Positions 1 through 10,235 of a stretch of 49,544 nucleotides of DNA are shown here, in pieces. The notes beneath the pieces were generated by a model. The model was not told the DNA's origin. It searched no databases and was given only the letters and a program-made list of their open reading frames with translations. Position 1 is the stretch's first letter; each line of letters opens with the position of its first letter. Location of the stretch: positions 1 through 49,544 of the IMG/VR virus record IMGVR_UViG_3300044878_000120, one strand, 5' to 3'. Source of the stretch: a virus. Its lineage: Duplodnaviria; Caudoviricetes. The translations under genes were made by a program, and so were the position numbers.

Positions 1-73
1 AGATCAGAAGTAACGAAGAATTTTTTCGAGGCGCAATCGAACCCCGACACCAAAAAAACAGGAAAACGGGGGA

Positions 74-86
74 TACCAGTGAGGTA
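74..86. promoter_or_regulatory. Putative repressor operator TACCA-GTG-AGGTA
   Basis: One mismatch to the recurrent palindrome TACCT-N3-AGGTA; overlaps RBS of first ORF. Confidence 0.55.
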
Positions 87-92
87 ATCGCA

Positions 93-467
93 TTGAACAG
101 TGCAGATATTGACTTTGATCCCGACTTTTTCCGCGATTTGACAGATGAGCGCGTCGGACATTGTCCGACAAAAGGTATTACTAGCCTTCAGCCATACGAC
201 CACGACAAAGCATTCGCCGGCTACCGGGAAGGCATCAAGCGTCGCGTCGAGGAGCTGAAGCGCGAAATGGGCGACCGCCTGTTGAGCAGCCCGTATTACC
301 GGCCCGACCCTCGCCACTCGCTTCGAGTGGAAATCTACACCGCGGCAGGCGAACCGCAGCGCCAGGCAATTGCCCAGGCCGCCCGCCAGATCCGCGAAAA
401 CAATCCCGCGTTTATCGCAGCACAGGCGGCGATTCAGTTCGCCGTCAGCAACTATCAAGGGGCATGA
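93..467 (+). CDS. Hypothetical protein
   Basis: 124-aa ORF, GAGGT RBS, ends just before bet. Confidence 0.6.
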   Translation: MNSADIDFDPDFFRDLTDERVGHCPTKGITSLQPYDHDKAFAGYREGIKRRVEELKREMGDRLLSSPYYRPDPRHSLRVEIYTAAGEPQRQAIAQAARQIRENNPAFIAAQAAIQFAVSNYQGA

Positions 468-471
468 CGCA

Positions 472-1428
472 GTGACAAGTACCGCAGTAGTAAAGCAGCA
501 GGAAAACATCCCTGCTTTGGCAATGGCCGAAAAAGAATTGATCGAGGTGCTGCGCAATAGCCTGTACCCCGGCGCCCAGGATGTAAGCATCAAAATGGTC
601 ATCGGCTATTGCAAGGCGAGCCACCTCGACCCGATGCAGAAGCCGGTCCATATCGTGCCGATGAAAGTGTCCAGCGGCAAAAAGGACAACTACGGCAACG
701 ACATCAAGGAAATGCGCGACGTGATCATGCCAGGCGTCGGCCTGTACCGGATCAACGCCTCGCGCACCGGCCAGTATGCCGGCGTTGGCGAGCCAGAATA
801 TGGCCCGACCAAAATCCTCCAGTTCAAAAAAGACCAGTGGAGCCAGGGCGGCAACGGCAAGCGGGTAAAGACCGTGGTCGATGCCAGCATGGAATACCCC
901 GAGTGGTGCCGCGTCACCGTCGAGAAGCTGGTCGATGGCGAGGTCCGCCAGTTCACGGCCCGGGAATACTGGCTCGAGAACTACGCCGAAAAAGGCGACT
1001 TCGGCGCTCCCAACTCGATGTGGGCCAAGCGCCCATTCGGCCAGATCGCCAAGTGCGCCGAGGCCCAGGCGCTGCGCAAGGCTTTCCCCGAGTGCGGCTC
1101 GCAACCGACCGCCGATGAGATGGAAGGTAAAGAGCTGTTCATGGAGCGCGACATCACTCCAGCCGCCGGCGAGCAGACCGCGACCACCACCGAGACGGTC
1201 AACCAGGCCGCCGGCGATGAGCAACCGAAGGAAGAAACCACCGCCCTCCCCGACTACCCGGCCGACAAGTTCGAGGCCAGCGCGCCAGCCTGGCGCAAGA
1301 GCTTCGAGAGCGGCACCAGTAACGCAGAGCACCTGATCTCGATGATCAGCAGCCGCTACACCCTCAGCCCGAAACAGCTCGAGCAGATCCGAGCGCTCGT
1401 CCCAATCGAAGGAACCGTCGAAGAATGA
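472..1428 (+). CDS. bet: Phage recombination protein Bet/RecT (single-strand annealing)
   Basis: Motifs LDPMQKPVHIVP, GLYRINASRTGQYAG, AKCAEAQALRKAFP; GTG start at 472 preferred over 370; coupled to exonuclease by ATGA overlap. Confidence 0.88.
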   Translation: MTSTAVVKQQENIPALAMAEKELIEVLRNSLYPGAQDVSIKMVIGYCKASHLDPMQKPVHIVPMKVSSGKKDNYGNDIKEMRDVIMPGVGLYRINASRTGQYAGVGEPEYGPTKILQFKKDQWSQGGNGKRVKTVVDASMEYPEWCRVTVEKLVDGEVRQFTAREYWLENYAEKGDFGAPNSMWAKRPFGQIAKCAEAQALRKAFPECGSQPTADEMEGKELFMERDITPAAGEQTATTTETVNQAAGDEQPKEETTALPDYPADKFEASAPAWRKSFESGTSNAEHLISMISSRYTLSPKQLEQIRALVPIEGTVEE

Positions 1429-3185
1429 TCATTCACAACGTCCCACAAGGCTCGGCCGCATGGCATGCCCTGCGCATCGACTACCGCACTGCCTCCGAAG
1501 CCCCGGCCATGATGGGCGCCTCCAAACAGATGAAGCGCAACGAGCTCCTGTTTGCCAAAAAGACCGGCCTCGACCGCGACGTTAACTGGTGGGTCCAGAA
1601 ATACCTGTTCGACCGCGGGCACGAGTACGAGGCCCAGGCCCGGCCGATTGTCGAGGGGATTATCGGCGAGGAGCTGTACCCAGTCGTCGGCACTGACGGC
1701 ATCCTCCTGGCGTCGTTCGACGGCCTGACCATGCTCGGCAACATCATTTTCGAGCATAAAATGTGGAACGAGGCGCTGGCCCAGGCCGTGCGCGACAAAG
1801 ATCTCGACCCGCACTATTACTGGCAGCTCGAGCAGCAGCTCCTGGTCAGCGGCGCCGAGAAGGTCATTTTCGTGGTCTCGGACGGCACCGAGGACAACCT
1901 GGTCTGGATGGAATACTTCCCGGTCCCTGGTCGCGCCCAGGCGCTGATCGCCGGCTGGACTCAGTTCGATGCCGACCTCGAGGCTTTCGTGCCGACCGAG
2001 GCCGCGGTCGAAGTGGTCGGCACCACCGTCACAGACTTGCCATCGGTAAACGTCCAGGTCAGCGGGCAAATCGCGATCACGGACAACTTCAAAGTCTTTG
2101 AGACCGCCCTGCGCGACTTTATCGACAACCGCCTGGTGCGCGACCCGAAGACCGACCAGGACTTCGCCGACCTGGATCTCCAGATCAAGGCATTGAAGAA
2201 GGCCGAGGCCGCCCTGGACAGCGCCGAGGCGCAGATGATCGCGCAGGTCGAATCGGTCGACACGATCAAGCGCCAGAAGGAAATGCTCAGCAAGATGGCG
2301 CGCGACAACCGCCTGATGGCTGAAAAGCTCCTCGCCGCCAAGAAGGAATCGGTCAAGCTCGAGATCAAGCAGCGCGCCGAAAAAGCCTTTTCGGATCACA
2401 TCGCCGCAATCAACAAGCGCATCGGCCCCAAGATCCAGCTCCCAGCCGTGCCAACCGACTTCGCCGGCGCCATCAAGAACAAGCGCAACCTGGCCAGCCT
2501 TCAGGATGCCGTCGACACCGAGCTGGCCCGCGCCAAGATCCAGGCCAACGCCATCGCCGACGCGATCAGCATTAACCTCAACAGCCTGCGCGAGCTCGCG
2601 GTCGGCTTCGAGTTCCTGTTCACCGATGCCCAGCAACTGGTTATGAAGGACAACGAAGGGCTCGAGGCGCTGATCAAGACCCGGATCTCCGAGCACAAGG
2701 CCGCCGAGGAAAAACGCCTCGAGGCCGAGCGCGAGCGGATCCGCGCCGAGGAAAAGGAAAAGCTCGAGAAGCAACAGGCCGCCGAAAAAGCCGAGCAAGA
2801 GCGCAAGGATAAGGAGGCCGCCGACGCAGAAACGCAGCGCCTGGCCGACGAACAAGCGCGCCTTGCGGCGCTGGCCACCCCTGCGCCAGAGCCAACGCCT
2901 GATCCTGTCCAGGAGTCGACGCCAGAGCCTGTACGCCAGGCAGCGCCGGCGCCACGTCGCACCGCCGCACCCGTCACGCCGAGCAACGACGCCGAGCCGC
3001 TGCCGGTATGGCATGCCGGTCTCACGGACAAGCTCGCGCTGATCCGGTACGTCGCCGATAACCCCGATTTTTCTGCCGTTCTTGACGTGAACATGAACGC
3101 CTTGAATGCCCTCGTGCGCACCTTCAAGGCCGGCGTGCAGATCCCTGGCGTCAAGGTTGTCGCCGGTCAAACCGAAGCCGCTTAA
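1425..3185 (+). CDS. YqaJ/lambda-exonuclease family protein with long coiled-coil C-terminus
   Basis: QGSAAWHALR, TASEAPAMMG, GHEYE, ASFDG, FEHK, YYWQLEQQL motifs. Confidence 0.9.
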   Translation: MIIHNVPQGSAAWHALRIDYRTASEAPAMMGASKQMKRNELLFAKKTGLDRDVNWWVQKYLFDRGHEYEAQARPIVEGIIGEELYPVVGTDGILLASFDGLTMLGNIIFEHKMWNEALAQAVRDKDLDPHYYWQLEQQLLVSGAEKVIFVVSDGTEDNLVWMEYFPVPGRAQALIAGWTQFDADLEAFVPTEAAVEVVGTTVTDLPSVNVQVSGQIAITDNFKVFETALRDFIDNRLVRDPKTDQDFADLDLQIKALKKAEAALDSAEAQMIAQVESVDTIKRQKEMLSKMARDNRLMAEKLLAAKKESVKLEIKQRAEKAFSDHIAAINKRIGPKIQLPAVPTDFAGAIKNKRNLASLQDAVDTELARAKIQANAIADAISINLNSLRELAVGFEFLFTDAQQLVMKDNEGLEALIKTRISEHKAAEEKRLEAERERIRAEEKEKLEKQQAAEKAEQERKDKEAADAETQRLADEQARLAALATPAPEPTPDPVQESTPEPVRQAAPAPRRTAAPVTPSNDAEPLPVWHAGLTDKLALIRYVADNPDFSAVLDVNMNALNALVRTFKAGVQIPGVKVVAGQTEAA

Positions 3186-3228
3186 CCATCCCGGGCGCCA
3201 CTCGGCGCCCACACTTCCCGAGGTAATT

Positions 3229-3507
3229 ATGAACAAGCAGGAATTGGTTCAATACGTCGCCGACTACACCGGCACCAGCAAGGCTGCCGCCGAGCGCGCT
3301 GTGAATGGCGTGATGGCTGGCATCACCGACACCCTGAAGCGCGGCGACAAGCTGGTCCTGGTCGGCTTCGGCACCTTCGCCGTCACCAAGCGCGCCGAGC
3401 GCAATTGCAGCCACCCGCGCACCGGCAAAATCATCAAGCTCGCCGCCTCCAAACGTCCGGCGTTCAAGCCTGGAAAGATCCTGAACAAACAAATCAACGG
3501 GGTTTAA
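3229..3507 (+). CDS. HU family DNA-binding protein
   Basis: MNKQELV...LVGFGTF...R..R..HPRTG...PAFKPGK; ATG 3229 after GAGGT. Confidence 0.92.
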   Translation: MNKQELVQYVADYTGTSKAAAERAVNGVMAGITDTLKRGDKLVLVGFGTFAVTKRAERNCSHPRTGKIIKLAASKRPAFKPGKILNKQINGV

Positions 3508-3510
3508 CCA

Positions 3511-4005
3511 ATGGCTCGCGGCGTTAACAAAGTCATCCTGGTGGGCACTTGCGGGCAAGACCCGGAAGTCCGCTACCTGCCAAACGGCAATGCGATCTGC
3601 AACCTGAGCCTGGCCACCAGCGAGAGCTGGACCGACAAGCAGACCGGTCAGAAAGTCGAAAAGACGGAATGGCACCGCGTCTCGCTGTTCGGAAAGATCG
3701 CCGAGATCGCCGGCGAATACCTGCGCAAGGGCTCCCAGGTTTACATCGAGGGCAAGCTGCAAACCCGCGAGTGGGAAAAAGACGGGGTAAAGCGCTATAC
3801 CACTGAGATCATCGTCGACATGAAGGGCACCTTGCAGCTCCTCGGCGGTCGTCCAGCAGATGGCAGCCAGCCGCAAGGCCAGGGCAACCGCCAGCCGCAG
3901 CAGGGCAACCAACAGAGCCGCCCTCAGCAACAGAGCCGCCAGAACAACCCCTCCCCCCAGCCGTCGCCTGATTTTGATTCTTTTGACGACGACATTCCCT
4001 TTTAG
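3511..4005 (+). CDS. ssb: Single-stranded DNA-binding protein
   Basis: [14 protein letters not shown] fold; C-terminal [11 protein letters not shown]. Confidence 0.97.
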   Translation: MARGVNKVILVGTCGQDPEVRYLPNGNAICNLSLATSESWTDKQTGQKVEKTEWHRVSLFGKIAEIAGEYLRKGSQVYIEGKLQTREWEKDGVKRYTTEIIVDMKGTLQLLGGRPADGSQPQGQGNRQPQQGNQQSRPQQQSRQNNPSPQPSPDFDSFDDDIPF

Positions 4006-4038
4006 GTATATACCTTAGAGGTAGATTACTGTAAGGTA
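3996..4038. promoter_or_regulatory. Three tandem operator-like sites at 15-bp period
   Basis: TCCCT-TTT-AGGTA (3996), TACCT-TAG-AGGTA (4011), TTACT-GTA-AGGTA (4026). Confidence 0.65.
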
Positions 4039-4045
4039 GCGACCA

Positions 4046-4357
4046 ATGAAAGGGAAGAACCCGTCAGCCGCTGAAAAGCGCTTTCACTCCCAAGTCGCGG
4101 CCATCGGTTGCATTGCCTGTCTCAAGGATGGGCAGTTCAACCCGGTCGTGTCGATTCACCATATTGACGGCCGAACCAAACCAGGAGCGCACATGAAAGT
4201 GCTCCCGCTTTGCGCAGGTCATCACCAGGACGGGACTGGCATTCCCGGCCTGATAGCCGTCCACCCCTGGACGCGACGCTTTGAAGACAAATACGGCAAG
4301 CAGGAAGACCTGCTCGCCGAGTGCGTAATGATCATTAATCAACAGGAAGCATCATGA
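4046..4357 (+). CDS. Ref-family (recombination enhancement) HNH-like nuclease
   Basis: GCIAC...SIHHIDGRTKPGAH...LPLCAGHHQ. Confidence 0.8.
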   Translation: MKGKNPSAAEKRFHSQVAAIGCIACLKDGQFNPVVSIHHIDGRTKPGAHMKVLPLCAGHHQDGTGIPGLIAVHPWTRRFEDKYGKQEDLLAECVMIINQQEAS

Positions 4358-4677
4358 CCGAAGTCAACACCCCGGCAACCGAGCAAGTCGCCCTTACCCC
4401 TGAAGCGGCCGAAATGCTGCAACAGGTCGGCGTTCACGTCGACGAGATCCTGGCCCTTCTGGCCGGCAAGCCGCTCGGCGTCGCCGTTGCCGCCTGCGTC
4501 GAGGCTGCCGTTTTCCTCACCACTCACCCAGCAACCCCGCGCGACATCCGCGCCAACTTCGCGCAGATCTTTATGGCCCAGGCGCACGACCTGAGCGCCA
4601 TCGTCAGCCAGGAGCAATCCGACCTGCCGCAATCCCCTGCCGCTGAAGGCACCCCCCTGATCCAACTGGCGAACTAA
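4354..4677 (+). CDS. Hypothetical protein
   Basis: ATGA-coupled 107-aa ORF in operon. Confidence 0.7.
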   Translation: MTEVNTPATEQVALTPEAAEMLQQVGVHVDEILALLAGKPLGVAVAACVEAAVFLTTHPATPRDIRANFAQIFMAQAHDLSAIVSQEQSDLPQSPAAEGTPLIQLAN

Positions 4678-4678
4678 C

Positions 4679-5710
4679 ATGAAACTGCGCGATGCAATCA
4701 ATCTGGCGGCATCCGCAGTCCCTCGCACGAGCACGCTGCCGATCATGTCCTGTCTGGCCCTCAAGGCAGACGGCGAAGCCATCAAGGCTGTCGGTAGCAA
4801 CTTTGAACTTGGCCTCGAGGTCAGCGCCAAGTTCAAATCCAAGCCGTTCGAGGTATGCGTAGACGCCGAGCGCTTCAAGCAAGCGCTGAGCTCGATGTCC
4901 GAGCCGACCATTACCGTCGACGACGGCAAAATGCTCATTAAGCAGGGCCGCACCCGTGCCACCCTGCCGACGTTCAACTACCAGGATCACCCTGGCATGC
5001 CGGACATGAGCGGCGCCAGCGGTGCCTTGACCCCGGAAGCCTGGACGCTGATCGAGCGTGTCGCCTTTGCCTCGGCGAAGAACGATGTTCGCCGCTTCCT
5101 GAATGGCGTCGCGGTGCAATGCGACGGCAAGAAACTGTATGCCATCGCCTCCGATGGCCACCGTATGGCGATGGCCAGCGAGCCGTCCGAGCTGCCGCCG
5201 TTCAAAATCATCATCCCGACGCCGAACATCAAGACCTTGCTGGCCATCCGCCCGGATCAAATCAACATCGGGAGTTGCCTGGTCGGTATCCGCGAGCGCG
5301 ACGACAGCACCGTCCGCGTTTACTGCAAGCTGATCGACGGCCAGTTCCCGGACTGGAACCGCCTGCTGGCCGATCACAAGCTGGCGATCAATGTCGATAC
5401 GGCCACCCTGCGCGAGGCGATCAAAACGGTCCAGCCTTTCAGCAACGACAAGTTCAAGGGCGCCCGTCTGACCTGGAGCTTCAACGAGCTCTCAGTCATG
5501 GCGAAGAACGACACCAGTGCCGAGTCCATCGTCGAGATCGACTGTGAGGCCGACACCGAAAGCGAGATTGGCGTCAACGTCGTCTACTTCGCCGAAGCGC
5601 TGGCCACCGTCCGCGCCGAGTCCATCGCGATCCAGTACCGCGACCAGAACGCGGCCCTGCGCATCGACGACGGCAACACCACCCATATCGTAATGCCGAT
5701 GCGCCTCTGA
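4679..5710 (+). CDS. dnaN: DNA polymerase III beta sliding clamp homolog
   Basis: TLPIMS, DVRRFLNGV, ASDGHRMA, LIDGQFPDW, C-terminal VMPMRL. Confidence 0.9.
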   Translation: MKLRDAINLAASAVPRTSTLPIMSCLALKADGEAIKAVGSNFELGLEVSAKFKSKPFEVCVDAERFKQALSSMSEPTITVDDGKMLIKQGRTRATLPTFNYQDHPGMPDMSGASGALTPEAWTLIERVAFASAKNDVRRFLNGVAVQCDGKKLYAIASDGHRMAMASEPSELPPFKIIIPTPNIKTLLAIRPDQINIGSCLVGIRERDDSTVRVYCKLIDGQFPDWNRLLADHKLAINVDTATLREAIKTVQPFSNDKFKGARLTWSFNELSVMAKNDTSAESIVEIDCEADTESEIGVNVVYFAEALATVRAESIAIQYRDQNAALRIDDGNTTHIVMPMRL

Positions 5711-5748
5711 GGCGCCTCAGCAAACCCACAAACAAGAAGTAACCGAGG

Positions 5749-6141
5749 TTGATCGAAGTGTTGCAGCAAAGAGAGCAGTTCACCGCGGAAACGCACAGTT
5801 ATGACGAGATCCTGGCCGAGAAACGCCGCTCAGACAGCGCGCTTCAGGACGCCCGCAAGGATCTCACCGAGGCCAAACGCAAGGCCGCCACCTCGGGCAT
5901 CTACATGGACCCAAGCCGCTTTTCCGCGATTGAGCGACGAATCGTCAAGCTCTCGCGCAAGTCGCAGAAGCTCCAGGACCAGCTCGGCCTGTCCCGTCGC
6001 ATGAGCAAACGCAAGTCGGTCGAGGCGCACTTCCTCGATGTCTGCAAAGAAAATTTCACCGATGAATTCCTCGGCGAACTCATCGTTGAAGCCAAACGCC
6101 GCCACCACGCGCCCGTCACCACCCAGGAACAAGCACTGTGA
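5749..6141 (+). CDS. Hypothetical coiled-coil protein
   Basis: ORF with GAGG RBS; GTGA overlap with rdgC. Confidence 0.65.
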   Translation: MIEVLQQREQFTAETHSYDEILAEKRRSDSALQDARKDLTEAKRKAATSGIYMDPSRFSAIERRIVKLSRKSQKLQDQLGLSRRMSKRKSVEAHFLDVCKENFTDEFLGELIVEAKRRHHAPVTTQEQAL

Positions 6142-7085
6142 AAATTATCCGTAACGCCATCGTCTACAAAGCCGAACTCCCAGCCATCGACCTGCTGGCC
6201 GGTCACTTGGCCGAAAAACCGTTCGAGCCGATTGGCGAGACCTTTATCAACCGCGCCGGCTTTGTCCCTGACAAGATCTCCGCCGAGCTGATCACCCCAA
6301 TCAGCGGCGGCCTGAGCTTCCTGGTGCGCTTCGACGAGAAAATCCTGCCCAAGGCGTCGGTTGACGCCGCCGTGACCGAGGAGCAAAAGGCGGTCGAGGA
6401 GGAAGGCATCGAAATGACCAAGGAGCTCAAGGCGCAGATCAAAGAGCGCGTGTATGCCGAGCTCGTGGCCAAGGCGCTCGTCCAGACCACCTATATCCGC
6501 GCGTTCTACTTCACCGCGGATCAGTACCTGGTCGTCAACACCACCAACAAGAACCACGCGGCGCTCGTCATCAGCATGCTGATCCAGGTCGTCGGCTCGG
6601 TCAAAACGCAGACCATTCACGTTGCCAACGTCAAAGGCGGCCTCACCGTTCGCCTCAAGAACTACATCGCCGGCAACCGCGAGGCGTTCGACGGCTTCAA
6701 GGTCGGCGAGTCGTGCCTCCTCAAGCTGGAGAAAAACAAGGCCAGCTTTGACCTGGAAAACCTCGACCATGCCCGCGCCGGGATCAATGAGTCGCTGGAG
6801 AAAGGCATGGAGGTCGAGCGCATGGAGCTGGTGCATGGCGAGATGTCGTTCAAGCTGACCAAGGACTTCCATTTGCGCGGCATCAGCTTTTTCGGCGAGC
6901 TGAGCGAAGACGAACAAACCGAGCGCGAAGAATTCGACGCCGTGGAAATGTGGAAAGTCGAGGCCGCTGCGCAGCTCCTGCAAGTGGCAGCGGCGATCCG
7001 CGGCCTGTGCGACCTGCTCGGCTACAAGGAGCCGGCCGACGAGAACCAGGTTGAGCTGGACCTGGAGACCTCCGATGTCAATTAA
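6138..7085 (+). CDS. rdgC: Recombination-associated protein RdgC
   Basis: [24 protein letters not shown] motifs. Confidence 0.8.
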   Translation: MKIIRNAIVYKAELPAIDLLAGHLAEKPFEPIGETFINRAGFVPDKISAELITPISGGLSFLVRFDEKILPKASVDAAVTEEQKAVEEEGIEMTKELKAQIKERVYAELVAKALVQTTYIRAFYFTADQYLVVNTTNKNHAALVISMLIQVVGSVKTQTIHVANVKGGLTVRLKNYIAGNREAFDGFKVGESCLLKLEKNKASFDLENLDHARAGINESLEKGMEVERMELVHGEMSFKLTKDFHLRGISFFGELSEDEQTEREEFDAVEMWKVEAAAQLLQVAAAIRGLCDLLGYKEPADENQVELDLETSDVN

Positions 7086-7668
7086 GTCAGACCGCTGGAT
7101 CCGCGAACAAGGCGAGGCGGGCATGATCATGCCGTTCGAGCCTGGCCAGGTACGCGAGCGCTGGTTGCCGACAGGAATGGGCGATGTGCAAGCGCGCCAG
7201 AAGCTGATCAGCTACGGGACCAGCAGCTACGGCTACGACATCCGTTGCGCTGACGACTTCAAGATCTTCACCAACATCAACAGCACGGTCGTCGACCCGA
7301 AGGCGTTCGACCTTGGCAACTTTGTCGAATTTCAGGGCGATGAGTGCATCATCCCGCCGAACAGCTTCGCCCTGGCGCGCAGCGTCGAGTGGTTCAAGAT
7401 CCCGCGCGACGTGCTGGTTGTCTGCCTTGGCAAGAGCACTTATGCCAGGTGCGGGATCATCGTCAACGTGACGCCGCTGGAGCCTGAATGGGAGGGGTTT
7501 ATCACCCTCGAGTTCAGCAACACGACGCCGCTCCCGGCCAAGATCTACGCCAACGAAGGTTGCGCGCAGCTCTTGTTCCTTCAGAGCGACGAGACGTGCG
7601 AAACCTCATACGCCGACCGCGGCGGCAAGTACCAGGGCCAGACGGGCGTGACACTGCCCCGGGCCTAA
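7075..7668 (+). CDS. dcd: dCTP deaminase
   Basis: [46 protein letters not shown]. Confidence 0.96.
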   Translation: MSIKSDRWIREQGEAGMIMPFEPGQVRERWLPTGMGDVQARQKLISYGTSSYGYDIRCADDFKIFTNINSTVVDPKAFDLGNFVEFQGDECIIPPNSFALARSVEWFKIPRDVLVVCLGKSTYARCGIIVNVTPLEPEWEGFITLEFSNTTPLPAKIYANEGCAQLLFLQSDETCETSYADRGGKYQGQTGVTLPRA

Positions 7669-7686
7669 GCAATATCCACATATGAC

Positions 7687-7714
7687 AAGGGCGCCCCGGG
7701 GCGCCCTTTTTTTT
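7687..7714 (+). terminator. Intrinsic terminator after dcd
   Basis: AAGGGCGCCCC/GGGGCGCCCTT inverted repeat running into T8. Confidence 0.85.
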
Positions 7715-7726
7715 GCGAGAAAATCC

Positions 7727-8038
7727 ATGAGCAAACGATTGAAGACCATCCCCGTCCTCGAGCAGGCGAACGCCATTGTGCAGGGCTCGAGGCGGGATCA
7801 GTACGGCGGGCCGGAGCGCAGCGCCCAGGCCATCGGCGACCTTTGGACGGGCCTGCTACGCAATGCCGGCCTTCTGAGGAAGGGGAAAGTGGTCAGCGGG
7901 GAGATGGCTTGCATCCTCCTGGCGGGCCTGAAGCTGGCCCGATTGTCAGGCCAGCCAGGGCACGTCGATAGCCAGGTGGACACTTGCGGCTATATCGCCT
8001 TGCTCAGCACCATCCAGGACGACAAGAAGGCGCGCTAG
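7727..8038 (+). CDS. DUF6378-like phage protein
   Basis: LEQANAIVQGSRRDQYG...LW...LKLAR...DSQVDTCGY pattern. Confidence 0.7.
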   Translation: MSKRLKTIPVLEQANAIVQGSRRDQYGGPERSAQAIGDLWTGLLRNAGLLRKGKVVSGEMACILLAGLKLARLSGQPGHVDSQVDTCGYIALLSTIQDDKKAR

Positions 8039-8502
8039 GCCGGATCGAGCAGGTCGGTCAGCGGGTACATCGGCGCCGCGATCATCCACAGATGCTGCGG
8101 CGTCACCCGATTCACCAGGTCCGCACGGAACAATGGCGAGCCGCCGGCGGCGAAGGCCCAGGCCACCAGCTCCGAGCAAAACCAGTTGTCCTTGCTTTGC
8201 CAGTTGCGTCGGTGCGTGACCAGGCCGAGCAGACCAAGGAAGTCATAGCCCCGGCCAATCTCGCTACGCGCCGCGGCGATCACCGCCGCCGGATCCTCGC
8301 AAGGGAACTCGACGATAGCGGCATGACTGGCGATCTCCAGGCGGTGCGCCAGCTTGGTCACGCACACGCCATTCAGCATGTCCGCCCCGATCAGCTCCTC
8401 GCCGTCCAGGATCTCGACGTGCGACCAGGCCGACCAAGTGAAGGTGCGGATCAACAGACTGACCGGCTGCGCGCGCCGGCTAAACAAAACGCGAATCCCC
8501 AT
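8035..8502 (-). CDS. YiiX/YebB-like permuted papain-like (NlpC/P60) enzyme
   Basis: WSHVEI, GRGYDF, WFCSELVA (His precedes Cys). Confidence 0.85.
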   Translation of the reverse strand: MGIRVLFSRRAQPVSLLIRTFTWSAWSHVEILDGEELIGADMLNGVCVTKLAHRLEIASHAAIVEFPCEDPAAVIAAARSEIGRGYDFLGLLGLVTHRRNWQSKDNWFCSELVAWAFAAGGSPLFRADLVNRVTPQHLWMIAAPMYPLTDLLDPA

Positions 8503-8530
8503 ACCCTTTTATCCTCGAAGTGAGCCAGGT

Positions 8531-9079
8531 TTACTTGATCTGATAGCTGACCAGCCGGATGTTCGTGCTGATCTCGTCAAACCGGGTTTGAAGGGCGACG
8601 CCACTGAGCGGGACAAGCTCGTATTTGCGCATTCGCAGCGCCCCCAGCGTCTCCTGTGCGGCACGCAGATTCGCCGACTGCAACAGAATCAGGTCGCAGG
8701 CCGCCCTGAGATCCAATCCGGCCGCGGTAGCGAAAGCACTGATCCAGACGCCAGCCTCGCCGGTATAGCCGGCATCGCGGTACTTGATCGCCGCCGCTTC
8801 CCGAAACACATACTCCGCCTCGAAGCGTGTCCAGTTTGAATAGATCTCAGCGACTTGCGCGTCAATCCTGGCCGACAACTCCGCCGCCGTTGGGTACACC
8901 ACTGGCACCTCGATGCACACTGGCGGAAACACGCTGAAGTCGATTTTCTTGCCGGAACCCTGGCCGGCGATCAGTTCAAGGTAAGCATCGCGATCAATTG
9001 GCACCGCGTCAGCCGGCCGCGATTCATGGACGCTATCGTCATAAAAGCCTTTGTGCGAGGCCGAAACAAAAATTGTCAT
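8531..9079 (-). CDS. Tail fibre assembly chaperone-like protein
   Basis: N-terminal GFYD..H...P.DAV.I....Y..L..GQ..GK.I motif; downstream of fibre gene. Confidence 0.7.
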   Translation of the reverse strand: MTIFVSASHKGFYDDSVHESRPADAVPIDRDAYLELIAGQGSGKKIDFSVFPPVCIEVPVVYPTAAELSARIDAQVAEIYSNWTRFEAEYVFREAAAIKYRDAGYTGEAGVWISAFATAAGLDLRAACDLILLQSANLRAAQETLGALRMRKYELVPLSGVALQTRFDEISTNIRLVSYQIK

Positions 9080-9109
9080 GGTTATTCCCTGTGCTTTTTA
9101 TGGCGTAAA

Positions 9110-9880
9110 TCAGTAGCCGATAATGAAGGCGTAGCCTGACTGAGCCCCGGAGTAACTATTGGTAAACCTGATCTGCGTGGCGCTGTAGCCGTCCGCGCCG
9201 AAGGAGCCCAAGGAGGCAGGCGATGAAGTAATCGCCACATGTATTGGGGCGTTTGGAAAAGCAAGCGGCAGCGTGGCGTAGTTGAAGCCGTTGCTGAAAA
9301 CCGTGGTGGTAACCGGCATCCACTGGAAAATGATTCCGCTCGACATCTTCTGATAGCCAGATCCGGCAATGAGCGCTCCCTGCTGCGACGAGTACCGCAA
9401 GCAATACGAGCCGCCCGTAACAATCCACCCGTTGAAAGAATGGATCTCAACACTATCGCCAGGTGGAAGCGCCAGGCCGTTGTTTGAGCTTGAAGCGTAG
9501 GTAAGGAAGTTGTCCGCCCCTTGACACATGATGGTCATGGTCACGGTGCTGAAGTTGACGAACGTGATCTTTGAATAAGATCCGACAGCGGATACCAGTG
9601 GCAAAGTGATGGTGCGCTGTGTCGCTCCGTAAAGCTCAATAACTTGACCGCAGTGAGCGGCAGTCAACGTCTGCGACGAGTTCAAGACGGAAAAGCCGCT
9701 GATGCTGCCGGCTGCACGCTTCACAAAGTCAGTCGTGGCAAGTTTGAGGCTCGCATCGAACTGCGCAGGGGCAGTGCTGCCGCTCAGCGTGCCGTCCGCA
9801 TTGAGCGTCAGTCGGTCAGCGCCGTTCAATTGAATGGCGCCGTAAGTGCCGGCGCCGTCCGCTCTCAAGGAAATCGTCAT
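9110..9880 (-). CDS. Short tail fibre / receptor-binding protein (paralog 3)
   Basis: QFDASLKLATTDFV; C-terminal GYQKMSSGIIFQW...P.AFPN domain. Confidence 0.8.
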   Translation of the reverse strand: MTISLRADGAGTYGAIQLNGADRLTLNADGTLSGSTAPAQFDASLKLATTDFVKRAAGSISGFSVLNSSQTLTAAHCGQVIELYGATQRTITLPLVSAVGSYSKITFVNFSTVTMTIMCQGADNFLTYASSSNNGLALPPGDSVEIHSFNGWIVTGGSYCLRYSSQQGALIAGSGYQKMSSGIIFQWMPVTTTVFSNGFNYATLPLAFPNAPIHVAITSSPASLGSFGADGYSATQIRFTNSYSGAQSGYAFIIGY

Positions 9881-9883
9881 GGG

Positions 9884-10225
9884 TTACACCTTTGGAAAGC
9901 GAGTTTTGATCTCGACGATCTTGTCGAGCCAGACCTGTTTTTCGATCTCGTCGCGCTGGTATTGGAAGAACAGCGGGTCAGCCTCGGCGCGATAGGCGGC
10001 GTCGCGATTGGCCTGAGCAGCCGCATTCAGCTCCTCAGCGGTCGGCAGCGGCGCGTCCTTGAGGAATGGCACGCCCTTCTTGTTCCACTCGATCACCTTC
10101 CCGCCGGTCTGACCGGCCATCAGCTCGGCATGCAGCTCGGCGCTAATTTCCGTTGCGTCGTCAGGCATGGTCGTATTGATGTTGGAGTCGTAGAAGGTGC
10201 GGGCGGATTTGGAAGTGAACAGCAT
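9884..10225 (-). CDS. Tail fibre assembly chaperone
   Basis: FYDS.I...MP.DA.EI....H..LM.GQ..GK.I motif; ATG 10225 after AGGAGA. Confidence 0.72.
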   Translation of the reverse strand: MLFTSKSARTFYDSNINTTMPDDATEISAELHAELMAGQTGGKVIEWNKKGVPFLKDAPLPTAEELNAAAQANRDAAYRAEADPLFFQYQRDEIEKQVWLDKIVEIKTRFPKV

Positions 10226-10235
10226 GAATCTCTCC

